A stretch of 64,000 bases of DNA from Balanoglossus misakiensis (taxonomy: Eukaryota; Animalia; Hemichordata): positions 10,483,403 to 10,547,402 of the forward strand of contig CM082587.2 of the NCBI GenBank assembly GCA_040954595.2, in the 5' to 3' direction. A program made the translations under genes and the position numbers. Position 1 is the stretch's first letter. Each line of letters opens with the position of its first letter. This document shows positions 49,587-64,000 of this stretch, one piece after another. Under the pieces are notes generated by a model. The model was not told the DNA's origin. It ran no database searches and saw only the letters and a list, made by a program, of their open reading frames with translations.

Positions 49587-50545
49587 GCTTTCGTCATCGT
49601 AATTCCCGCATCAACACGAATCCTCAATCTCACGCAACAACAATACATCAAAATGTACACAGAAAAATAGGAGTCGGCAAGACAATTCTGGTTAGTTTGA
49701 GCCCCAACCTTTTAAAATTCACAACGGGGGAGGGGGCAGTTTTTCCTCATTTTATATTTGGCTCGAGGTTTTTAACTGTCCCCAGGCGCGTAAAGTTAGT
49801 TAGTTTATCACACAGAATGTAATTATCTTGCTTGATGTAAAAAAACACTAAAATTGTATGGGGGAGCTTCTTGCGATTTGCACTTAAGAAACTGATGGTT
49901 TTTACCCATAGAAAATATTTAGTATTAAGCACATAATTGCCTGGAAATAAAAATTAACTCAAGGGTAGAATGCAACAGTTAATTTTGTGCAATATCAACA
50001 GGAGCTATTTTGGCACATTTTTTCAGTTTGATAAACAATGTTTTTGCTCATTGTTTCATTTCGACCACATTATTTCAGTTTGATAAACACTGTTTTTGCT
50101 CATTGTTTCATTTCGACCACTTTTGTCACCTTGTTTCAAATTGAATGCAAGCATTGTTTCTGTTTGACCACTATACTTGGGGTAATTGTTCCAAATTGGT
50201 ATGCAAGATATTTTACATCAGCAGTTAGCCATCTAGCCACACTTTAGCTGCACAGCATATGAAAAATAATGAAATTCATGCAAAAAGCAAAAAAGTATTA
50301 TGGGTATAATGCCATTGCAGCATTGGCGGTTCGACTCCGTCGATACTTACTTTGAAGCATAAGTCTTCATTATTTTTCATATGTAATAAATAAAACTATT
50401 CCAAATTCATATCTTTGTTTTCAGTTAGTGCTTTTGCTTCAGTTAGGGGGCCCACACTTACCAAACCTGTCTTGCCATCTTTTCACATTTCTTCAAATAT
50501 GCAGCGCCAGCAATAGGCAGTATTTGATCAAATTGACCCACAAAT

Positions 50546-53500
50546 CACTCAAAATTAATAGGCAGGATACTGTCCACTCTGGCCTGGTTACTGTCTGGCC
50601 AGGTTAATGTTGACGCAAAGGTTGACCACACCAAACACTCAAAATTAATGAGCACGACACTGGCCACTCTGGCCTGGTTAATTAATGTTGACGCAAAGGT
50701 TGACCCCACCAAACACTCAAAATTAATGGGCACGACACTGGCCACTCTGGCCTGGTTAATCAATGCTGACGCAAAGGTTGACCCCACCAAACACTCAAAA
50801 TTAATGGGCACGACACTGGCCACTAGCTCTGGCCTGGTTAATCAATGCTGACGCAAAGGTTGACCCCACCAAACACTCAAAATTAATGGGCACGACACTG
50901 GCCACTAGCTCTGGCCTGGTTAATCAATGCTGACGCAAAGGTTGACCCCACCAAACACTCAAAATTAATGGGCACGACACTGGCCACTAGCTCTGGCCTG
51001 GTTAATCAATGCTGACGCAAAGGTTGACCCCACCAAACACTCAAAATTAATGGGCACGACACTGGCCACTAGCTCTGGCCTGGTTAATCAATGCTGACGC
51101 AAAGGTTGACCCCACCAAACACTCAAAATTAATGGGCACAACACTGGCCACTAGCTCTGCATGGCCTGGTTAATCAATGCTGACGCATAGGTTGACCCCA
51201 CCAAACACTCAAAATTAATGGGCACGACACTGGCCACTAGCTCTGGCCTGGTTAATCAATGTTGACGCAAAGGTTGACCCCACCAAACACTCAAAATGAA
51301 TGGGCACGACACTGGCCACTAGCTCTGCATGGCCTGGTTAATCAATGTTGACGCAAAGGTTGACCCCACCAAACACTCAAAATTAATGGGCACGACACTG
51401 GCCACTAGCTCTGGCCTGGTTAATCAATGCTGATGCAAAGGTTGACCCCACCAAACACTCAAAATTAATGGGCACGACACTGGCCACTAGCTCTGGCCTG
51501 GTTAATCAATGCTGACGCAAAGGTTGACCCCACCAAACACTCAAAATTAATGGGCACGACACTGGCCACTAGCTCTGGCCTGGTTAATCAATGCTGACGC
51601 AAAGGTTGACCCCACCAAACACTCAAAATTAATGGGCACAACACTGGCCACTAGCTCTGCATGGCCTGGTTAATCAATGCTGACGCATAGGTTGACCCCA
51701 CCAAACACTCAAAATTAATGGGCACGACACTGGCCACTAGCTCTGCATGGCCTGGTTAATCAATGTTGACGCAAAGGTTGACCCCACCAAACACTCAAAA
51801 TTAATGGGCACGACACTGGCCACTAGCTCTGGCCTGGTTAATCAATGTTGACGCAAAGGTTGACCCCACCAAACACTCAAAATGAATGGGCACGACACTG
51901 GCCACTAGCTCTGCATGGCCTGGTTAATCAATGTTGACGCAAAGGTTGACCCCACCAAACACTCAAAATGAATGGGCACGACACTGGCCACTAGCTCTGG
52001 CGTGGTTAATCAATGCTGACGCAAAGGTTGACCCCACCAAACACTCAAAATTAATGGGCACGACACTGGCCACTAGCTCTGGCCTGGTTAATCAATGCTG
52101 ACGCAAGGTTGACCCCACCAAACACTCAAAATTAATGGGCACGACACTGGCCACTAGCTCTGGCCTGGTTAATCAATGCTGACGCAAAGGTTGACCCCAC
52201 CAAACACTCAAAATTAATGGGCACGACACTGGCCACTAGCTCTGCATGGCCTGGTTAATCAATGCTGACGCATAGGTTGACCCCACCAAACACTCAAAAT
52301 TAATGGGCACGACACTGGCCACTAGCTCTGCATGGCCTGGTTAATCAATGTTGACGCAAAGGTTGACCCCACCAAACACTCAAAATTAATGGGCACGACA
52401 CTGGCCACTAGCTCTGGCCTGGTTAATTAATGTTGACGCAAAGGTTGACCCCACCAAATACTCAAAATGAATGGGCACGACACTGGCCACTAGCTCTGCA
52501 TGGCCTGGTTAATCAATGTTGACGCAAAGGTTGACCCCACCAAACACTCAAAATTAATGGGCACGACACTGGCCACTAGCTCTGCATGGCCTGGTTAATC
52601 AATGTTGACGCAAACGTTGACCCCACCAAACACTCAAAATTAATGGGCACGACACTGGCCACTAGCTCTGCATGGCCTGGTTAATCAATGTTGACGCAAA
52701 CGTTGACCCCACCAAACACTCAAAATTAATGGGCACGACACTGGCCACTAGCTCTGCATGGCCTGGTTAATCAATGTTGACGCAAAGGTTGACCCCACCA
52801 AACACTCAAAATTAATGGGCACGACACTGGCCACTAGCTCTGCATGGCCTGGTTAATCAATGCTGACGCAAAGGTTGACCCCACCAAACACTCAAAATTA
52901 ATGGGCACGACACTGGCCACTAGCTCTGCATGGCGTGGTTAATCAATGCTGACGCAAAGGTTGACCCCACCAAACACTCAAAATTGATGGGCACGACACT
53001 GGCCACTAGCTCTGCATGGCCTGGTTAATCAATGCTGACGCATAGGTTGACCCCACCAAACACTCAAAATTGATGGGCACGACACTGGCCACTAGCTCTG
53101 CATGGCCTGGTTAATCAATGCTGACGCAAAGGTTGACCCCACCAAACACTCAAAATTGATGGGCACGACACTGGCCACTAGCTCTGCATGGCCTGGTTAA
53201 TCAATGTTGACGCAAAGGTTGACCCCACCAAACACTCAAAATTGATGGGCACGACACTGGCCACTAGCTCTGCATGGCCTGGTTAATCAATGTTGACGCA
53301 AAGGTTGACCCCACCAAACACTCAAAATTGATGGGCACGACACTGGCCACTAGCTCTGCATGGCCTGGTTAATCAATGTTGACGCAAAGGTTGACCCCAC
53401 CAAACACTCAAAATTGATGGGCACGACACTGGCCACTAGCTCTGCATGGCCTGGTTAATCAATGTTGACGCAAAGGTTGACCCCACCAAACACTCAAAAT

Positions 53501-56500
53501 TGATGGGCATGACACTGGCCACTAGCTCTGCATGGCCTGGTTAATCAATGTTGACGCAAAGGTTGACCCCACCAAACACTCAAAATTGATGGGCACGACA
53601 CTGGCCACTAGCTCTGCATGGCCTGGTTAATCAATGTTGACGCAAAGGTTGACCCCACCAAACACTCAAAATTGATGGGCACGACACTGGCCACTAGCTC
53701 TGCATGGCCTGGTTAATCAATGTTGACGCAAGGTTGACCCCACCAAACACTCAAAATTGATGGGCACGACACTGGCCACTAGCTCTGCATGGCCTGGTTA
53801 ATCAATGTTGACGCAAAGGTTGACCCCACCAAACACTCAAAATTGATGGGCACGACACTGGCCACTAGCTCTGCATGGCCTGGTTAATCAATGTTGACGC
53901 AAAGGTTGACCCCACCAAACACTCAAAATTGATGGGCACGACACTGGCCACTAGCTCTGCATGGCCTGGTTAATCAATGTTGACGCAAAGGTTGACCCCA
54001 CCAAACACTCAAAATTGATGGGCACGACACTGGCCACTAGCTCTGCATGGCCTGGTTAATCAATGTTGACGCAAAGGTTGACCCCACCAAACACTCAAAA
54101 TTGATGGGCACGACACTGGCCACTAGCTCTGCATGGCCTGGTTAATCAATGTTGACGCAAAGGTTGACCCCACCAAACACTCAAAATTGATGGGCACGAC
54201 ACTGGCCACTAGCTCTGCATGGCCTGGTTAATCAATGTTGACGCAAAGGTTGACCCCACCAAACACTCAAAATTGATGGGCACGACACTGGCCACTAGCT
54301 CTGCATGGCCTGGTTAATCAATGTTGACGCAAGGTTGACCCCACCAAACACTCAAAATTGATGGGCACGACACTGGCCACTAGCTCTGCATGGCCTGGTT
54401 AATCAATGTTGACGCAAAGGTTGACCCCACCAAACACTCAAAATTGATGGGCACGACACTGGCCACTAGCTCTGCATGGCCTGGTTAATCAATGTTGACG
54501 CAAAGGTTGACCCCACCAAACACTCAAAATTGATGGGCACGACACTGGCCACTAGCTCTGCATGGCCTGGTTAATCAATGTTGACGCAAAGGTTGACCCC
54601 ACCAAACACTCAAAATTGATGGGCACGACACTGGCCACTAGCTCTGCATGGCCTGGTTAATCAATGTTGACGCAAAGGTTGACCCCACCAAACACTCAAA
54701 ATTGATGGGCACGACACTGGCCACCAGCTCTGCATGGCCTTGTTAATCAATGTTGACGCAAAGGTTGACCCCACCAAACACTCAAAATTGATGGGCACGA
54801 CACTGGCCACCAGCTCTGCATGGCCTGGTTAATCAATGTTGACGCAAAGGTTGACCCCACCAAACACTCAAAATTGATGGGCACGACACTGGCCACTAGC
54901 TCTGCATGGCCAGGTTAATCAATGTTGACGCAAAGGTTGACCCCACCAAACGCTCAAAATTGATGGGCACGACACTGGCCACTAGCTCTGCATGGCCTGG
55001 TTAATTAATGTTGACGCAAAGGTTGACCCCACCAAACGCTCAAAATTGATGGGCACGACACTGGCCACTAGCTCTGCATGGCCTGGTTAATCAATGTTGA
55101 CGCAAAGGTTGACCCCACCAAACACTCAAAATTAATGGGCACGACACTGTCCACTAGCTCTGGCCTGGTTAATCAATGCTGACGCAAAGGTTGACCCCAC
55201 CAAACACTCAAAATTAATGGGCACGACACTGGCCACTAGCTCTGCATGGCCTGGTTAATCAATGCTGACGCATAGGTTGACCCCACCAAACACTCAAAAT
55301 TTATGGGCACGACACTGGCCACTAGCTCTGCATGGCCTGGTTAATCAATGTTGACGCAAAGGTTGACCCCACCAAACACTCAAAATTGATGGGCACGACA
55401 CTGGCCACTAGCTCTGCATGGCCTGGTTAATCAATGTTGACGCAAAGGTTGACCCCACCAAACACTCAAAATTGATGGGCACGACACTGGCCACTAGCTC
55501 TGCATGGCCTGGTTAATCAATGTTGACGCAAAGGTTGACCCCACCAAACACTCAAAATTGATGGGCACGACACTGGCCACTAGCTCTGCATGGCCTGGTT
55601 AATCAATGTTGACGCAAGGTTGACCCCACCAAACACTCAAAATTGATGGGCACGACACTGGCCACTAGCTCTGCATGGCCTGGTTAATCAATGTTGACGC
55701 AAAGGTTGACCCCACCAAACACTCAAAATTGATGGGCACGACACTGGCCACTAGCTCTGCATGGCCTGGTTAATCAATGTTGACGCAAAGGTTGACCCCA
55801 CCAAACACTCAAAATTGATGGGCACGACACTGGCCACTAGCTCTGCATGGCCTGGTTAATCAATGTTGACGCAAAGGTTGACCCCACCAAACACTCAAAA
55901 TTGATGGGCACGACACTGGCCACTAGCTCTGCATGGCCTGGTTAATCAATGTTGACGCAAAGGTTGACCCCACCAAACACTCAAAATTGATGGGCACGAC
56001 ACTGGCCACCAGCTCTGCATGGCCTGGTTAATCAATGTTGACGCAAAGGTTGACCCCACCAAACACTCAAAATTGATGGGCACGACACTGGCCACTAGCT
56101 CTGCATGGCCAGGTTAATCAATGTTGACGCAAAGGTTGACCCCACCAAACACTCAAAATTGATGGGCACGACACTGGCCACTAGCTCTGCATGGCCTGGT
56201 TAATTAATGTTGACGCAAAGGTTGACCCCACCAAACGCTCAAAATTGATGGGCACGACACTGGCCACTAGCTCTGCATGGCCTGGTTAATCAATGTTGAC
56301 GCAAAGGTTGACCCCACCAAACACTCAAAATTAATGGGCACGACACTGTCCACTAGCTCTGGCCTGGTTAATCAATGCTGACGCAAAGGTTGACCCCACC
56401 AAACACTCAAAATTAATGGGCACGACACTGGCCACTAGCTCTGCATGGCCTGGTTAATCAATGCTGACGCATAGGTTGACCCCACCAAACACTCAAAATT

Positions 56501-59500
56501 TATGGGCACGACACTGGCCACTAGCTCTGCATGGCCTGGTTAATCAATGTTGACGCAAAGGTTGACCCCACCAAACACTCAAAATGAATGGGCACGACAC
56601 TGGCCACTAGCTCTGCATGGCCTGGTTAATCAATGTTGACGCAAAGGTTGACCCCACCAAACACTCAAAATTAATGGGCACAACACTGGCCACTAGCTCT
56701 GCATGGCCTGGTTAATCAATGTTGACGCAAAGGTTGACCCCACCAAACACTCAAAATTAATGGGCACGACACTGGCCACTAGCTCTGCATGGCCTGGTTA
56801 ATCAATGTTGACGCAAAGGTTGACCCCACCAAACACTCAAAATTGATGGGCACGACACTGGCCACTAGCTCTGCATGGCCTGGTTAATCAATGTTGACGC
56901 AAAGGTTGACCCCACCAAACACTGAAAATTGATGGGCACGACACTGGCCACTAGCTCTGCATGGCCTGGTTAATCAATGTTGACGCAAAGGTTGACCCCA
57001 CCAAACACTCAAAATTGATGGGCACGACACTGGCCACTAGCTCTGCATGGCCTGGTTAATCAATGTTGACGCAAAGGTTGACCCCACCAAACACTCAAAA
57101 TTGATGGGCACGACACTGGCCACAAGCTCTGCATGGCCTGGTTAATCAATGTTGACGCAAAGGTTGACCCCACCAAACACTCAAAATTGATGGGCACGAC
57201 ACTGGCCACTAGCTCTGCATGGCCTGGTTAATCAATGTTGACGCAAAGGTTGACCCCACCAAACACTCAAAATTGATGGGCACGACACTGGCCACTAGCT
57301 CTGCATGGCCTGGTTAATCAATGTTGACGCAAAGGTTGACCCCACCAAACACTCAAAATTGATGGGCACGACACTGGCCACCAGCTCTGCATGGCCTGGT
57401 TAATCAATGTTGACGCAAAGGTTGACCCCACCAAACACTCAAAATTGATGGGCACGACACTGGCCACTAGCTCTGCATGGCCAGGTTAATCAATGTTGAC
57501 GCAAAGGTTGACCCCACCAAACACTCAAAATTGATGGGCACGACACTGGCCACTAGCTCTGCATGGCCTGGTTAATTAATGTTGACGCAAAGGTTGACCC
57601 CACCAAACGCTCAAAATTGATGGGCACGACACTGGCCACTAGCTCTGCATGGCCTGGTTAATCAATGTTGACGCAAAGGTTGACCCCACCAAACACTCAA
57701 AATTAATGGGCACGACACTGTCCACTAGCTCTGGCCTGGTTAATCAATGCTGACGCAAAGGTTGACCCCACCAAACACTCAAAATTAATGGGCACGACAC
57801 TGGCCACTAGCTCTGCATGGCCTGGTTAATCAATGCTGACGCATAGGTTGACCCCACCAAACACTCAAAATTTATGGGCACGACACTGGCCACTAGCTCT
57901 GCATGGCCTGGTTAATCAATGTTGACGCAAAGGTTGACCCCACCAAACACTCAAAATGAATGGGCACGACACTGGCCACTAGCTCTGCATGGCCTGGTTA
58001 ATCAATGTTGACGCAAAGGTTGACCCCACCAAACACTCAAAATTAATGGGCACGACACTGGCCACTAGCTCTGCATGGCCTGGTTAATCAATGTTGACGC
58101 AAAGGTTGACCCCACCAAACACTCAAAATTAATGGGCACGACACTGGCCACTAGCTCTGCATGGCCTGGTTAATCAATGTTGACGCAAAGGTTGACCCCA
58201 CCAAACACTCAAAATTGATGGGCACGACACTGGCCACTAGCTCTGCATGGCCTGGTTAATCAATGTTGACGCAAAGGTTGACCCCACCAAACACTCAAAA
58301 TTGATGGGCACGACACTGGCCACTAGCTCTGCATGGCCTGGTTAATCAATGTTGACGCAAAGGTTGACCCCACCAAACACTCAAAATTGATGGGCACGAC
58401 ACTGGCCACTAGCTCTGCATGGCCTGGTTAATCAATGTTGACGCAAAGGTTGACCCCACCAAACACTCAAAATTGATGGGCACGACACTGGCCACAAGCT
58501 CTGCATGGCCTGGTTAATCAATGTTGACGCAAAGGTTGACCCCACCAAACACTCAAAATTGATGGGCACGACACTGGCCACTAGCTCTGCATGGCCTGGT
58601 TAATCAATGTTGACGCAAAGGTTGACCCCACCAAACACTCAAAATTGATGGGCACGACACTGGCCACTAGCTCTGCATGGCCTGGTTAATCAATGTTGAC
58701 GCAAAGGTTGACCCCACCAAACACTCAAAATTGATGGGCACGACACTGGCCACTAGCTCTGCATGGCCTGGTTAATCAATGTTGACGCAAAGGTTGACCC
58801 CACCAAACACTCAAAATTGATGGGCACGACACTGGCCACTAGCTCTGAATGGCCTGGTTAATCAATGTTGACGCAAAGGTTGACCCCACCAAACACTCAA
58901 AATTGATGGGCACGACACTGGCCTTGACGCAAAGGTTGACCCCACCAAACACTCAAAATTGATGGGCACGACACTGGCCACTAGCTCTGCATGGCCTGGT
59001 TAATCAATGTTGACGCAAGGTTGACCCCACCAAACACTCAAAATTGATGGGCACGACACTGGCCACTAGCTCTGCATGGCCTGGTTAATCAATGTTGACG
59101 CAAAGGTTGACCCCACCAAACACTCAAAATTGATGGGCAAGACACTGGCCACTAGCTCTGCATGGCCCGGTTAATCAATGTTGACGCAAAAGTTGACCCC
59201 ACCAAACACTCAAAATTGATGGGCACGACACTGGCCACTAGCTCTGCATGGCCTGGTTAATCAATGTTGACGCAAAAGTTGACCCCACCAAACACTCAAA
59301 ATTGATGGGCACGACACTGGCCACTAGCTCTGCATGGCCCGGTTAATCAATGTTGACGCAAAGGTTGACCCCACCAAACACTCAAAATTGATGGGCACGA
59401 CACTGGCCACTAGCTCTGCATGGCCCGGTTAATCAATGTTGACGCAAAGGTTGACCACACCAAACACTCAAAATTGATGAGCACGACACTGGCCACTAGC

Positions 59501-62500
59501 TCTGCATGGCCCGGTTAATCAATGTTGACGCAAAGGTTGACCCCACCAAACACTCAAAATTGATGGGCACGACACTGGCCACTAGCTCTGCATGGCCCGG
59601 TTAATCAATGTTGACGCAAAGGTTGGCCCCACCAAACACTCAAAATTGATGGGCACGACACTGGCCACTAGCTCTGCATGGCCCGGTTAATCAATGTTGA
59701 CGCAAAGGTTGACCACACCAAACACTCAAAATTGATGGGCACGACACTGGCCACTAGCTCTGCATGGCCCGGTTAATCAATGTTGACGCAAAGGTTGGCC
59801 CCACCAAACACTCAAAATTGATGGGCACGACACTGGCCACTAGCTCTGCATGGCCCGGTTAATCAATGTTGACGCAAAGGTTGACCCCACCAAACACTCA
59901 AAATTGATGGGCACGACACTGGCCACTAGCTCTGCATGGCCCGGTTAATCAATGTTGACGCAAAGGTTGGCCCCACCAAACACTCAAAATTGATGGGCAC
60001 GACACTGGCCACTAGCTCTGCATGGCCCGGTTAATCAATGTTGACGCAAAGGTTGACCACACCAAACACTCAAAATTGATGAGCACGACACTGGCCACTA
60101 GCTCTGCATGGCCCGGTTAATCAATGTTGACGCAAAGGCTGACCCCACCAAACACTCAAAATTGATGGGCACGACACTGGCCACTAGCTCTGCATGGCCC
60201 GGTTAATCAATGTTGACGCAAAGGTTGGCCCCACCAAACACTCAAAATTGATGGGCACGACACTGGCCACTAGCTCTGCATGGCCCGGTTAATCAATGTT
60301 GACGCAAAGGTTGACCCCACCAAACACTCAAAATTGATGGGCACGACACTGGCCACTAGCTCTGCATGGCCCGGTTAATCAATGTTGACGCAAAGGTTGA
60401 CCCCACCAAACACTCAAAATTGATGGGCACGACACTGGCCACTAGCTCTGCATGGCCTGGTTAATCAATGTTGACGCAAAGGTTGACCCCACCAAACACT
60501 CAAAATTGATGGGCACGACACTGGCCACTAGCTCTGCATGGCCTGGTTAATCAATGTTGATGCAAAGGTTGACCCCACCAAACACTCAAAATTGATGGGC
60601 ACGACACTGGCCACTAGCTCTGCACTGCCTGGTTAATCAATGTTGACGCAAAGGTTGACCCCACCAAACACTCAAAATTGATGGGCACGACACTGGCCAC
60701 TAGCTCTGCATGGCCTGGTTAATCAATGTTGACGCAAAGGTTGACCACACCAAACACTCAAAATTGATGGGCACGACACTGGCCACTAGCTCTGCATGGC
60801 CTGGTTAATCAATGTTGACGCAAAGGTTGACCACACCAAACACTCAAAATTGATGGGCACGACACTGGCCACTAGCTCTGCATGGCCTGGTTAATCAATG
60901 TTGACGCAAAGGTTGACCCCACCAAACACTCAAAATTGATGGGCACGACACTGGCCACTAGCTCTGCATGGCCTGGTTAATCAAGTTTGACGCACAGGTT
61001 GACCCCACCAAACACTCAAAATTGATGGGCACGACAATGGCCACTAGCTCTGCATGGCCTGGTTAATCAAGGTTGACGCAAAGGTTGACCCTACCAAACA
61101 CTCAAAATTGATGGGCACGACACTGGCCACTAGCTCTGCATGGCCTGGTTAATCAATGTTGACGCAATGGTTGACCCCACCAAACACTCAAAATTGATGG
61201 GCACGACACTGGCCACTAGCTCTGGCCTGGTTAATCAATGTTGACGCAAGGGTTGACCCCACCAAACTCTCAAAATTGATGGGCACGACACTGGCCACTA
61301 GCTCTGGCCTGGCTAATCAATGTTGACGCAAGGGTTGACCCCACCAAACACTCAAATTTGATGGGCACGACACTGGCCACTAGCTCTGCATGGCCTGGTT
61401 AATCAATGTTGACGCAAAGGGTGACCCCACCAAACACTCAAAATTGATGGGCACGACACTGGCCACTAGCTCTGCATGGCCTGGTTAATCAATGTTGACG
61501 CAAAGGTTGACCCCACCAAACACTCAAAATTGATGGGCACGACACTGGCCACTAGCTCTGCATGGCCTGGTTAATCAATGTTGACGCAATGGTTGACCCC
61601 ACCAAACACCCAAAATTGATGGGCACGACACTGGCCACTAGCTCTGGCCTGGTTAATCAATGTTGACGCAAGGGTTGACCCCACCAAACTCTCAAAATTG
61701 ATGGGCACGACACTGGCCACTAGCTCTGGCCTGGCTAATCAATGTTGACGCAAGGGTTGACCCCACCAAACACTCAAATTTGATGGGCACGACACTGGCC
61801 ACTAGCTCTGCATGGCCTGGTTAATCAATGTTGACGCAAAGGTTGACCCCACCAAACACTCAAAATTGATGGGAACGACACTGGCCACTAGCTCTGCATG
61901 GCCTGGTTAATCAATGTTGACGCAAAGGTTGACCCCACCAAACACTCAAAATTGATGGGCACGACACTGGCCACTAGCTCTACATGGCCAGGTTAATCAA
62001 TGTTGACGCAAAGGTTGACCCCACCAAACACTCAAAATTGATGGGCACGACACTGGCCACTAGCTCTGCATGGCCTGGTTAATCAATGTTGACGCAAAGG
62101 TTGACCCCACCAAACACTCAAAATTGATGGGCACGACACTGGCCACTAGCTCTGCATGGCCTGGTTAATCAATGTTGACGCAAAGGTTGACCCCACCAAA
62201 CACTCGAAATTGATGGGCACGACACTGGCCACTAGCTCTGCATGGCCTGGTTAATCAATGTTGACGCAAAGGTTGACCCCCACCAAACACTCGAAATTGA
62301 TGGGCACGACACTGGCCACTAGCTCTGCATGGCCTGGTTAATCAATGTTGACGCAAAGGTTGACCCCACCAAACACTCAAAATTGATGGGCACGACACTG
62401 GCCACTAGCTCTGCATGGCCTGGTTAATCAATGTTGACGCAAAGGTTGACCCCACCAAACACTCAATATTGATGGGCACGACACTGGCCACTAGCTCTGC

Positions 62501-64000
62501 ATGGCCTGGTTAATCAATGTTGACGCAAAGGTTGACCACATCAAACACTCAAAATTGATGGGCACGACACTGGCCACTAGCTCTGCATGGCCTGGTTAAT
62601 CAATGTTGACGCAAAGGTTGACCCCACCAAACACTCAAAATTAATGGGCACGACACTGGCCACTAGCTCTGCATGGCCTGGTTAATCAATGTTGACGCAA
62701 AGGTTGACCCCACCAAACACTCAAAATTAATAGGCACGACACTGGCCACTAGCTCTGCATGGCCTGGTTAATCAATGTTGACGCAAAGGTTGACCCCACC
62801 AAACACTCAAAATTAATGGGCACGACACTGGCCACTAGCTCTGCATGGCCTGGTTAATCAATGTTGACGCAAAGGTTGACCACACCAAACACTCAAAATT
62901 GATGGGCACGACACTGGCCACTAGCTCTGCATGGCCTGGTTAATCAATGTTGACGCAAAGGTTGACCCCACCAAACACTCAAAATTAATGGGCACGACAC
63001 TGGCCACTAGCTCTGCATGGCCTGGTTAATCAATGTTGACGCAAAGGTTGACCCCACCAAACACTCAAAATTAATAGGCACGACACTGGCCACTAGCTCT
63101 GCATGGCCTGGTTAATCAATGTTGACGCAAAGGTTGACCCCACCAAACACTCAAAATTAATGGGCACGACACTGGCCACTAGCTCTGCATGGCCTGGTTA
63201 ATCAATGTTGACGCAAAGGTTGACCCCACCAAACACTCAAAATTAATGGGCACGACACTGGCCACTAGCTCTGCATGGCCTGGTTAATCAATGTTGACGC
63301 AAGGGTTGACCCCACCAAACACTCAAAATTGATGGGCACGACACTGGCCACTAGCTCTGGCCTGGCTAATTAATGTTGACGCAAGGGTTGACCCCACCAA
63401 ACACTCAAAATTGATGGGCACGACACTGGCCACTAGCTCTGGCCTGGCTAATCAATGTTGACGCAAGGGTTGACCCCACCAAACACTCAAAATTGATGGG
63501 CACAACACTGGCCACTAGCTCTGGCCTGGCTAAACAATGTTGACGCAAGGGTTGACCCCACCAAACACTCAAAATTGATGGGCACGACACTGGCCACTAG
63601 CTCTGGCCTGGCTAATCAATGTTGACGCAAAGGTTGACCCCACCAAACACTCAAAATTACGGGCACGACACTGGCCACTTAAGCTCTGCATGGCCTGGTT
63701 AATGAATGTTGACGCAAAAGTTGACCCCACCAAACACTCAAAATTAATAGGCACGACACTGGCCACTAGCTCTGCATGGCCTGGTTAATCAATGTTGACG
63801 CAAAGGTTGACCCCACCAAACACTCAAAATTAATGGGCACAACACTGGCCACTAGCTCTGCATGGCCTGGTTAATCAATGTTGACGCAAAGGTTGACCCC
63901 ACCAAACACTCAAAATTAATGGGCACGACACTGGCCACTAGCTCTGCATGGCCTGGTTAATCAATGTTGACGCAAAGGTTGACCCCACCAAACACTCAAA
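50546..64000 (+). repeat. Satellite DNA array, main monomer 86 bp (82- and 78-bp variants), ~155-160 copies, continuing past the window end
   Basis: Monomer CACTCAAAATTGATGGGCACGACACTGGCCACTAGCTCTGCATGGCCTGGTTAATCAATGTTGACGCAAAGGTTGACCCCACCAAA. Confidence 0.99.

Noticed and set aside
50545-50851. ORFs on both strands at the satellite edge (also 63405-63766)
   Set aside because: By-products of the 78-bp (26-codon) monomer and chance loss of stops.
50546-64000. CRISPR array
   Set aside because: Head-to-tail monomers with no unique spacers, no cas genes, and a eukaryotic context.
50546-64000. Hammerhead ribozyme or retrozyme in the satellite monomer
   Set aside because: No CUGANGA/GAAA core on either strand of the monomer.

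Overview
Repeat-dense eukaryotic (animal-like) DNA; the repeat families suggest a marine invertebrate, which is an inference. No intact host protein-coding gene is evident. From left to right: (1) the 5' part of a Ty3/Gypsy LTR retrotransposon on the minus strand (5' LTR, tRNA-Leu PBS, gag, a -1 frameshift signal, and PR/dUTPase-like/RT/RH/IN pol with one frameshift lesion) that runs off the window start; (2) a ~283-bp tandem repeat and a SAP-like exon; (3) many MITEs and Helentron-type non-autonomous elements; (4) a spliced hAT/ZNF862-like transposase relic; (5) a 5.66-kb PIF/Harbinger-superfamily transposon with ~300-bp TIRs, an ATT TSD, a dead transposase and a divergent spliced Myb-like gene, apparently nested in an ~8-kb TIR element; (6) a non-autonomous Kolobok carrying THAP and KolX-like stubs; (7) a ~6.2-kb-period duplication with different insertions in each copy; (8) LINE 3' fragments and a 50-bp minisatellite; (9) a >13.4-kb 78/82/86-bp satellite with higher-order structure that runs off the window end.
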